Shown one piece after another: positions 12,803-23,502 of a DNA stretch of 64,000 bases; within the stretch, counting starts at the first letter, position 1, and the number at the start of each line of letters is the position of its first letter. This DNA comes from Octopus vulgaris (taxonomy: Eukaryota): the NCBI GenBank assembly GCA_951406725.2, contig OX597817.1, positions 41,168,001-41,232,000 on the forward strand, given 5' to 3'. The notes below the pieces were generated by a model, which saw only the letters and a list, made by a program, of their open reading frames with translations, did no database searches and was not told the DNA's origin. The position numbers and the translations under genes were made by a program.

Positions 12803-12816
12803 ATTGCCATGGCAAC
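12803..12816 (-). promoter_or_regulatory. RFX X-box-like motif
   Basis: GTTGCCATGGCAAT on minus strand, 13/14 match to the palindromic X-box GTTGCCATGGCAAC, in non-repetitive intron sequence. Confidence 0.4.
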
Positions 12817-13364
12817 AAATAGACAAAGAATTTATTGGAATATCAAAGTAGGAATAAAAGAACTGCCTATTAGAATTTCCCATCAGCTCTAGCATATTTC
12901 AAACATTGGCAATAGAAAATAACCACAAAACAGGCATGCACGCACACTCACACACACATCCACACACACACAATAATAATAATAATAATAATAAAAATTA
13001 ATAATAATAATAATCACTGTTATAGGAACAAAAACACAAATTTCATTGTAGCATTCATTCATAAGAGAGAGAAAGGGAGAATGTGAGAAAGAGATGAAAC
13101 ATGTATGTGTATGAAAGAGAGAGAGAGAGAGAGAGCGAGAGAAAATAGAGCAAAATACAGCAAAACGGTATAAAAGTAGAAAAACATAAACAGGTATATG
13201 AAGAGGTGATTCATAGCAACTACAAACACCAGCAGCAGCAGCAACAACAACAATTATGCTATGAAAATAGAAAAAAAAAGGGCAAAAAAAAAGAAAACAG
13301 GTTCTTTCCTATTGCTTGAAAATAACAGATTAAGGGTGCAGAAAGATGAGGAAGGCAGCGTGCG

Positions 13365-13480
<116 letters not shown>

Positions 13481-13619
13481 TCTATATGCATGAAGTGAGA
13501 GAGAGAGAGAGCAAAATAAAAAGACAACCACATTCTAATTAAGCAAAAAGCCTAATAAAACAAGATGATAATCTAATTTATAAATATATATATAGACATA
13601 CATATATACATATATATAC

Positions 13620-13682
<63 letters not shown>

Positions 13683-14604
13683 TTTACAGACATATATATA
13701 CACACATACATATATATATACACACATACATATATATATACACACATACATATATATATACACACATACATACGCATATGCAGAAAAACAGCACAATAAC
13801 CCAAACAAATATGAAATGAAGTAAAAAAAAAAAAACACCATGCAAAATCAAAAATAACCAAAATGCACAGCCCACACACGTGTGTATGGATGCATGTTTG
13901 TTTGTGTGACATTGTTGTGGAGTTTGAAACATGAAAGCGAAAAGTAAACACCTGAGGTAGATTATGTATGCATTTATTTAACAGGGATAATGAAGCCCTC
14001 TATATGTGTGTGTGTGCACGTAGTGTGTGTTTATGTAAGTGTTGGTATTTGGCCAGTAGCTTTTCCTTTTGTACAGGTTGAGCACACACACATGTATATG
14101 TGTGTGTGTGTTTTGAGCTACTTGAGAAAGAGTACTCAATACAAGTGTTAGAGTAGAGTCAGAGCGAGACTATTAACTTTGAATTAATAAATAACACCCA
14201 ATTACATTGAGTATATACTTCTACCTGTTACTACATTGTACACATACTCATATATACATACACATGGGTGCGTGTGTGTGTGTGTGCAAGCTCATCATAT
14301 ATGTATATGTGTCTCTCTTTGTCTTGGCATTGTGTGATAGTTGTAAATGAGCATCACTGTCATGCAAGTGGTGTCCATTTCCAATCTTCCATGGAAACAT
14401 GTCAGCTTGGAAACAGGAAAGGGTTGGCCACAGCAAGGGGCAACTGGTCATAGAAAATTTGCCTCAATGAATTTAGCCTGACCCATACAACCATGGAAAA
14501 GCGGCAATTAAAATGTGTTACTACATAATACAAGTATCAGTTGACCGCATCCCTGATTTCAGGCCTTGTGCCTATAGTAGAAAGTATTATTTTTATTATT
14601 TTTC

Positions 14605-14920
14605 TTCTCAGGTCTTGGTCTTAGTTGCTCTGGTTGATTCTGTGGGAGTGGACAGCAACCTGTTGTCAGCAGTCTCACTGGGTCTCTTTCCACAAACTCT
14701 AAGCTTTGATACTAGGATGTTAACTTACTGTGGAAGGCATTCAACACTCCAGCACCAATCTTAAAATCCTAGCTGTCCCCTACAGAGCAGTTTTTGGGGC
14801 CTCCTCATGTCAATTCCATTTCCTCTGACATATTTCTCGAACCTGGTTGTTAATGTTCTGAGTGCCCCTACAACTACTGGGATAACAATTTACTCACCTC
14901 ATTGCTCACATTCATGCAAT
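14605..14920 (-). mobile_element. 5'-truncated R4/Dong-like non-LTR retrotransposon 3' end (pseudogenised)
   Basis: Minus strand reads IVIPVVVGALRTLTTRFEKYVRG...(frameshift)KTAL*GTARILRLVLEC*, the typical C-terminus of R4/Dong restriction-like endonuclease ORFs. Flanked by TAA-type repeats, the known Dong target. Confidence 0.7.
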
Positions 14921-15379
14921 TTCGTCTTTTAATTATTATTATTATTATTATTATTGTTATTTTCAGTTTTAAATTATTGTCTTTATTGTCTTGCATCTGT
15001 CAGAATCCTCAGTGTGATATACGAGCTCAGGATGATATGTAGGTACATTTAATATGAAGAGATAAACACACAAGGCAAAATGCTCTGTGTCATTTCATCT
15101 GTCTTTACATTCTTGATTGGTAAAATAATTATCAGCTGAGCACTGAAGTTGATGTAATTGACTTAGCCCCCTCCTTGAAATTGCTGGCCTTGTGCCAAAA
15201 ATTTGAAACTAATATGAAGAGACACTTGGGAGAAATAAAACCAAGCCTCAGATTGATTGTGTGTGTGTGTATTCTATTTCTATACATATTGTTCAGTCCA
15301 TGCAAACATGCCTTCATCAGCAGAAATGGCCAGACTGTGTTGCTATTTATATACACTGTGAGACAGAAACACCAAGAAC

Positions 15380-15790
15380 CAAATATGTCCCATTTAGTAT
15401 ACAAAGAAAACTTTTGCAAAGAAGGCTTCAATGACTGAAATCAACATTAAAAATTGAATTTCAAATTTAAGTTTCAAAAATGAGCTGTTATTTATTTATT
15501 TCAATATGTATTTGATTTTATTCTCAAGTGTCTCTTTGTTATTAACTGTATTTATATATTACTGCACATATTATCACTCCAAATAAAATATTTTTCATAT
15601 TTATTGGGCCCTTATACTAACTGTTTTGCACATAAAAAATACTTTTCTAAACAAATATAAAATATTTATTCTTAATACTGTAACAGCTTATTTCTTTATG
15701 TAAATTTTAATGTTTTAAATGTTGATTTCAATGATTTAAGCACTCTTGCAAAGTTTTTTCACATAGTAAATTGAATATATTTATTTGTGT
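15380..15790. mobile_element. Old AT-rich MITE with degenerate terminal inverted repeats
   Basis: aaaacttttgcaaa...ctgaaatcaacattaaaa (about 15405-15455) is inverted relative to ttttaaatgttgatttca...cttgcaaagtttt (about 15713-15758). Confidence 0.5.
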
Positions 15791-15826
15791 ACTTCATATG
15801 TTGGTTGTTTATATATATATATATGT

Positions 15827-16050
15827 ATATATATTAGAAGAAATAAGGTACTCAGAAGTCTGGATAGTTTTATATTTACAGATTTTTATTACTATGTCAC
15901 ATGTTTTTTATAAATCATAATCTGAAGAATCCACGAGAGTGGATGCAAGCACTAATATATGATTTATAAAAACATGTGACATATTAATAAAAATCTGTAA
16001 ATATAAAACCATCCAGATTTCTGAGTACCTTATTTCTTCTAATATATATA
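15827..16050 (+). mobile_element. Fold-back element in (TA)n with degenerate hammerhead motif at the apex
   Basis: Arms of about 95 bp (15827-15921 / 15955-16050); loop CTGAAGA-ATCCAC-GAGA-GTGGAT-GCAA-GCAC-TA. Confidence 0.75.
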
Positions 16051-16902
16051 TATTGATGATTCTGTTCTGCAACGTGTACAAAAAAGCAACACACTTCTCC
16101 AATTCTCTTTGCAGCTCTTACAACAATGGCATACGATGACCATGGATTTTTATGAATATCTGACTACAAGAAACACAATATGTTTGGAGACAGCATACCT
16201 TTATTTTAAAATATGGTTTGATTTTAATTTCAAGTGTCCCTTTGTATTAGCTCTATGTCATTGTAGGTAGATATCATCATTCTATATCTAATTATTTTCA
16301 CTTTTACTAAGTTCTCCCACTAACTGCTTTGCACAGAAAAAAAAGTTAGTGTTTGTAAAAAATATTTATATATTCATTATACTTTTACGAGAAGAGGGGT
16401 GACAGTGACTTTGAAGATTTGGCTTGCTAGTCTACATTGGACTGGCAAAACTTCAAAGTTGCTGTCATCCTTCTGGTAAAAGCATTATAAATATATGCTC
16501 TACAGAAAGTATTGAGTATTTTTTCTGTCTAATTTTAAATTGTTTTTATAACAACTTGTCATAAAATCAAACATTAATATATTCAACACATCTATCCACA
16601 CACACACATATATGTTGAATAATCAACTGTTTGTACAAATATGCAAGTTTGTTGTGAAATCTTTTCTTCTACAAGGCTGGTAGCTATTTCTGGTGGTAAC
16701 TATGTAATCAGAAATATCAAAGAACAGAAGTTGTTTACTTCAATATGTTCACTGATATTACATTCTTCCCCAACAGATTTTCATTCATCTTCGCTTGTTA
16801 CTACTGGTGCTGTTCACATTATTAAGAGTTTCACTATTTTGTTACCTTTATTTCTGATTGTTTGCTGCTGTCATGTGAAAATGTACACCCATACTAACAT
16901 AC

Positions 16903-16940
<38 letters not shown>

Positions 16941-19141
16941 AACACATTTATATGTCATATACTTATAGATATATGTGAGTGTATATCTGGATCTATCTAT
17001 TTACATATATGTACATATTTATCTATATATACACATATATGTGCATATCTACATGTGTGTGTGTGTATAATAGACACATACACATACATGTATAAGAGAT
17101 TTATATGAAGTATGTATAAACATGTATACTTGTTTATGAAAGCATGATACTTATTTATTTGTATGGTTTTAAGCACACACACACAAACACAAACATGTGC
17201 ATTTATAAAACAACCACACAAAAATAAAACAAGAAATACATACACACACACAAAATGTGTGGCATGGAGCAAAGGAACGAAAATGTAAGACAAAAAAAAC
17301 AACAAAAAAAAACTAACAAATACTTCTCTCATTACTAGTTATAAAAATGACATTAATACAGAAAAACAAAAGAATTGTTTACTTTGCTTGCCTGACTCTC
17401 AACTGAATGTGTGGAACTTTTTGTTTGGTTGCATTTCTGTTATAACAAAATAGATTTGGTTTTCTTATAGATTGGAATTTTGGCTCAGATCAAAAGCAAG
17501 TAATCATATTTAAAGATTTTTCTAAAGAATCAAATGAACAGGGGATGTTTAATGCTAATCTATAGAAGATAGCTGGAGTAAGATGGAGCCGAGGATGGAT
17601 TTAATGTTTGTGCAAGACTTACATAATTTTCTAAAAACATTTTATCGTTCCGTTCATGCTACAAATGAAACTAAATTATTCAGCTGAATCTGTATAGAAT
17701 AACTGGCTTAGCACTGATTCACTTTCAAAAGTAAAACAAGCTTCCATTTTTAAACTATCGGTGTAACTGTAATTAATTTCTAAAGGATTGGAATAGAATT
17801 TAAAAAAAAAAAAGAGCTTAGTCAATATTTGAAGATACTATATGATGCTTTGTCAATATTTGCAATACTGTAAGATGCTTCATCCATATTTAGAGATACT
17901 GCCACTTGAGTAAAGTGAAAGTAAAGATGAAGCAGCAGAAAAGTACATTTTGAGAGGAAAACTGTAAATAATGGTAATCAAAATGCAAATAAAAAGATGA
18001 AGAAGAAACCAGTTTTCTAAAAGTAAGAAATGGTTACAAAAGAAATGGTTTGAGTCACTGAAAATGATAAGAGTGATAGCTATATCCTTTTAACCTTTTA
18101 TGTATCAACTTGTTTAAGAATGTCTGTGTTTACATGTTAGTGGTATACAGTAGCGCTATAATAATTTTAACCAATCATTAAGTTTTATTCCAAATCACTA
18201 CACCAAAAATATTAGAATTTTATAAATATCTTACTAATTACTTTCAAGCATCCTAAACATTCAAAATTTAACTATGTAACTGATAAAATTAATTTTATGT
18301 CACAGTAAATTACATAAGACCAAAGGATTTCTAGCATTCCTGAGAAAATTAATAGCACACCAAAAGAGAATTTAAATTTGGTTTACTAACAGGGTACATG
18401 GTATGTAACCTCTTGATTTTGGTGCTATTAGAAAGTTATCCAAAGTTTGCAAGAGAGAGATAGCAAATTTATAATATATTGGATTGAAGCAAGCGAATTT
18501 AAGAAACTGATTTCTTAAATGATTTCATGCAATGTTTGATGCAGAATATGAATTTGAAACCATTATACAGCAAGAAACATTAATCTAGCACATTTCTGAA
18601 GACAAATTGAAAATAACTGATCCAAAAGGAATCCCCAACTATTAAAAAAAAAAAAAGAAGAAAAAAAGGAAAAAGCAGTGGGCAATGCAGGTAAAGCTGT
18701 GCAGAAAGAAATTAAATTTAAATTTACCTATTCTTAATTCTACCTTGACAAATGAAAGATTCCATCAAAATTTTAAATTATCAAAGCAATAAAGATGGTT
18801 ACTAAAGTTTCCTGATAAAGCATCTTTGGCTCCTGAATGTTAGTACAAGTTTCTTTACAGTGAACATAGTAAAAATGACGATGACAAATGGCAGACTGGA
18901 TGAAGACTGATGGATAGTTTCTTGCCACGAGAGCTAAACTGTATATTTGGAAAATACACACAAATCCCAACTGCCTAGTCTACCTGGTTTATAAATTAGT
19001 TTCCTGAGAGGAAAACATGTCATCAATGTTAGCAGCTATACAATATAATAAAACTGATGAGAGTGCCATTAGCTTATAGCTGATATTCCCCCATGGGCTA
19101 TTAAAGAAGAGATATAGATACATTACATAAAACTTATCCAT

Positions 19142-19192
<51 letters not shown>

Positions 19193-19950
19193 GTACACAT
19201 ACACACACATATATATATATATATATACGCACATACATCTATATATAAAATATATGAATACATATACATGTATATATACATATAGCTACATATGTATATG
19301 TTCATGCATGTATATATGTGTTTGTATGTGTGTGTATGCATATACATCTTATTAGAAGAGGTCAAGTGATGGATATATTTGTGTTAGTTAAAATCAAGTA
19401 TTGACTCACTGATTAACAAACATTACTACTGAGATAAAATGCAATAATACTTGATGACTAATTTTCTGATTGATTATTTTCTGATTACTGTAATTACTGA
19501 TAAAAGTTTAATTAAATAACTTTATACAGCAATTAGAAACAAACTTTTCAAACTAAAATGTCATTTTCATGTTGATTTTTTTTAAAAGCAAAATAGACCT
19601 TTACTCTTCTCATCTCTTACTGAACTATGTAAAGCAGTGTATTTCAAGAGCTGAAACTTAGTATTGTCCTCATAAAGGTAAAAAAAAACAGTTAACAGGA
19701 CTTGAACTCAGACTCACTGACTCTCAAAGTTCAGTGATTTAGTGCAGAGTTACAATATAGTTCCAAGACAGAAAGCTAAACATGAATTTACAATTGTCTA
19801 TTATGTTATTTTATAAGGTTTAAAGTAATAAGTTATCTGTCAATCTAATATAAATATCAATTTGTAATAAAACGATTAATGGATATTGAAACCTAAATAA
19901 AACAGAGAAGTGAAAGTCAAGCTACAAGCCATGCAAGAAGCAACACCGAC

Positions 19951-20124
19951 CGAGTAATCATCAGATTCTTCTAGTACCATCAATGGATGTGCCAAAGTTT
20001 TGTTTTCATCATACAACTCCCGCATATCAATAATTTTGTTCTCAAATTTCTCCATTGACCAGATCTGGCTGTTGTGATATTTTCTCTTCACTAAAATTGC
20101 TGGCTCGCTTACAAATGCTCCTCT
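19951..20124 (-). CDS. KIF13A/B: KIF13A/B-like internal exon (stalk); 3' end either 19951 or 19978
   Basis: RGAFVSEPAILVKRKYHNSQIWSMEKFENKIIDMRELYDENKTLAHPLM(VLEESDDYS), like KIF13 'RG...SEPAI.V.R.....QIWS.EK...R..DMR.LY'. Acceptor ttatag; two in-frame phase-0 donors, TCG|gtcggt and ATG|gtacta. Confidence 0.92.
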
Positions 20125-23100
20125 CTATAAAACGGCAGAGGTAAGGAAAAGAAGAAATCATTTATTAGAACAACATGAATAAATTTTACAGATTGTTTTA
20201 TGGAGTTAGATATTAACAATATATTCATGCTAACAGGAAGTACATAAATGTTCATTTGGAAAAAGCATTTTTTTCATTGTGTATCAGATTTAATTGGAAA
20301 AAAGAAAAGATCATTAGACACACTGTTCTGTCCTATTGTCGAAGATTTATCATCTTGTATGAACTTTATATTAAGCAAAGATCAATCAGCTTTATATATA
20401 GAGAGACAAACTAAGTTATTATTGTATGCTTTTGTCTATTAAATGATCACAAATATTTTCCGTTAAAGTTAATTAGTGTTAACATACTTAATGCAGAGAA
20501 TATTGTGAAGCTAACTCTCTAAAAAATATTTCCTACAATGTTTTTCTTTATAAACTTTCAATATTTATCAACTTTTTCTTTTTAAGTAATTAAAATCTCT
20601 TTATTAATTAAACTTGTTGCATTTTGCAAAAAATTCTGTTATCATCAAGTCTGGTCTCAGATAAATTTTCGTCGTTATACAAACGAAAAGTCTACTTTCA
20701 ACTATAATAACGGATACAAATAAGAAATAGATTTATCAAAGATTTAGTATGAAGAAAAGCAGAAGACTGAAGAAAGCTATTACATAGCAATGAATATCTA
20801 TGTTTGCTGGGTGACTTATGATTCATATCAGCAGATTAAAATGAACCTGATGTATCAGGTGAGAGAATGGAAAACCGATAATCTTGCAGTACAATTGCAG
20901 CAAATCAATTAGCATGGATTCTACCTGTCTTCTTCATCATTCTCTGGAACTTATTTATGGCAGAGGCAGATCTGTGCTTAGAAATATAAGTCATGAAGCC
21001 ATTCTCATATTAACCTGGTATGTAATCTACTATTAAGTCAATGTGACAATTTAGTATAAAATTTGCAGTGGATAGAATGAGGGAAGTCACAACAAATCTA
21101 ACACAGTGCTCTTTAATTCTTTTACTGGTTTCAGTCATTGGACTGCAGTCCTGCTGGGACTCCAAATGTTTAGTCAATGAAACTAACCCCTTTATTTATT
21201 TTATTGGTTTCTTTTTGCTAAACTACTTAGTTATGGGAACATAAACAAACAAACACCAGTCATCAAGTGATGTGAAACAAATAAAGATGCACACAAATAC
21301 ACCACAGCTTGGCCCAGGGTTATAGTAAAAAGCACTTGCTTAAGGTACAGTGCAGTGAGATTGCACTAAAATACCATGTGGTTGTGAAGTGAACTTCTTA
21401 ACCACACAATCATGCCTGAACTTTACACATTTAGTATATATGAATGAAGAACTAAGTTCACAAACTTATTTGTTTCATCCTTATTTGTTGTACATCTCAT
21501 TAAATAAACCTAATTTCTTCTTCTTTGGAAATGTTTTATCATCTACTTATTTAGAGTGGTCTCAAATGGTGTTATGAATTCAAAAATTTAAATTTGTGCA
21601 AATAGTTGGTGAAGAAACACCACATTTATTGCTGACTTCACATCTATATCATTTCATGACCATCATTTTTGTAATGTCTATCTTCCCATACTTGCATGGG
21701 TAAAATAAGGTTTATTAACTCTTTGGGACTTAAACAGGCCATATCCAGCCCAACTATTGTACTTGTCTGATGTTCAAACAGGTCAGATCTAACATGTCAC
21801 ACCTACCCTACAATATTGTTCTAGGAATAAACAATCACATCATCAAAATCTCAAAGTTATGAGATAATGCATGATTAATTCAAAAAGAGTTAAAACAGAT
21901 TTTCTATGGCTTGATGCCCCTCCTGTCTCTAACCCCCACTTGTTTTCAAACAAGGTACTATTTTTCTATGGCCAGACATTTCTTTGCAGAATATTGGAAA
22001 TGAATGATGCTACATGTATGGCAGCAACACTCATTTACGTCATGTAATGTCCAGACAAGGACACACACACAGACAGAGGATGGGCTTCTTTCAGTTTTCA
22101 TCTAACGAATCCACTCACGAAGCTTATGTTGACCCGGGACTATAATAGAAGGCACTAGCCCACGATGCCACACAGTGGAGCTGAACTCAAAACCACGTGT
22201 TTGTGAAGCAAACTTCTTAACCATACAGCTGCACTTTGTACATACATGCTAGTTTTTTTCATCTACGAGGTTGAGTTACTTGCTATTTAAAGCAATATGT
22301 CTTGACTCAAAACACAGAGTAATTGCCTTTGGCGATGTCTGAATCAATGTTCCAATACTTTAAGCACCAAGTCATTAATTCTCTGCAAACACTGAATACT
22401 TAACGGTTGCAAAAATTTAAAAAAAAAAGTTTAAAATGTTATAAATTAATATATTGATTGTTGAATTAAAAAAAAAAAAAAAAATGAAATGTGTGTAGAT
22501 ATCCTCAGCTCTAAAGATTATCAACTTCTATTTAAGAGAGAAGGCATTGAGTCAGCAGAATCATTAGCACATCAATGCTTAGTGACATTTCTTCCAGCTC
22601 TTTACATTCTGAGTTCAAATCCTGTCCAGGTCAACTTTGCCTTTTATCTCTTCGAGGTTGATAAATTAAAGTTCCAGTCAAGTACTGGGGTTGATGCAAT
22701 TGTCTTGTTCCCTCAAAATTGTTGGCCTTGGATCCATCAACAGAGAATGTTGTGACCTTGGTTACTTACATGCCATGGAAAGTGGGTAACTGGCCTAATG
22801 AGTTATGAGGCTCAAGAAGGAAAAGAAAAAGAAGAGAGTGAATTCAAGTTTTGTTTTAGCAAGTGATTATTTTCCATGGATAGAGTTATCGATCGTTGCC
22901 AGAGCAACAAGCTGGCCTCTGGCTTCTGGCACGTTAAAAACACCATTCGAGCTTGATCATTACCTGCGTCGCCTTACTAGCAGTTGTGCTGGTGGCACAT
23001 GAAAACACATTCAAGCGAGGTTGTTGCCAGTGCCGCTGGACTGGCTCCTGTGCAGGTGGCACATAAAAAGCACCATTTGAGTGTGGCTGTTGCCAGTACT

Positions 23101-23339
23101 GCCTGACTGGCCCTCGTGCCGGTGGCACGTAAAAGTATCCACTACACTCTTGGAGTGATTGGCATTAGGAAGGGCATCCAGCTGTAGAAACTCTGCCAGA
23201 TCAGACTGGAGTCTGGTGCAGCCATCTGGTTCGCCAGTCCTCAGTCAAATTGTCCAACCTATGCCAGCATGGAAAGCAGATGTTAAACGATGATGATGAC
23301 TCCAATGAAAAAAAAGAAGTTCCATACAAAAATACTTAC

Positions 23340-23502
23340 ACGTCTGTTTGGGCTGAGATTGGCAGCAGGGATCTGAAGGGTGACATGGAATTCAGTCTGT
23401 CTACCCATTTCTTGCGCCAAGTCGTTGGCTTCTCTCACCAAAGTGTTTGCCTTGATTACTTCTTCTCGAAGTTTCGCCAAGCTCTGCTTGAATAGTTTCT
23501 CT
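23340..23502 (-). CDS. KIF13A/B: KIF13A/B-like internal exon (stalk)
   Basis: EKLFKQSLAKLREEVIKANTLVREANDLAQEMGRQTEFHVTLQIPAANLSPNRR, matching KIF13 'KAN.LVREAN..A.E....T...VTLQIPA'. Acceptor ttaacag, donor gtaagt; 163 nt, phase 2 to 0. Confidence 0.96.

Noticed and set aside
18863-19005. Two minus-strand acceptors (atatacag and cctctcag) in the phase-0 intron
   Set aside because: One has only a weak donor (gtctgc) before a stop; the other gives a 20-nt segment with an in-frame stop. Not supportable without reads.
22890-23160. Short recurring units (gtggcacgtaaaaagcacc...) resembling a CRISPR-like array
   Set aside because: Internal tandem sub-repeats of the family-1 retroposon; intervening segments are similar to one another, the context is eukaryotic and there are no cas genes.
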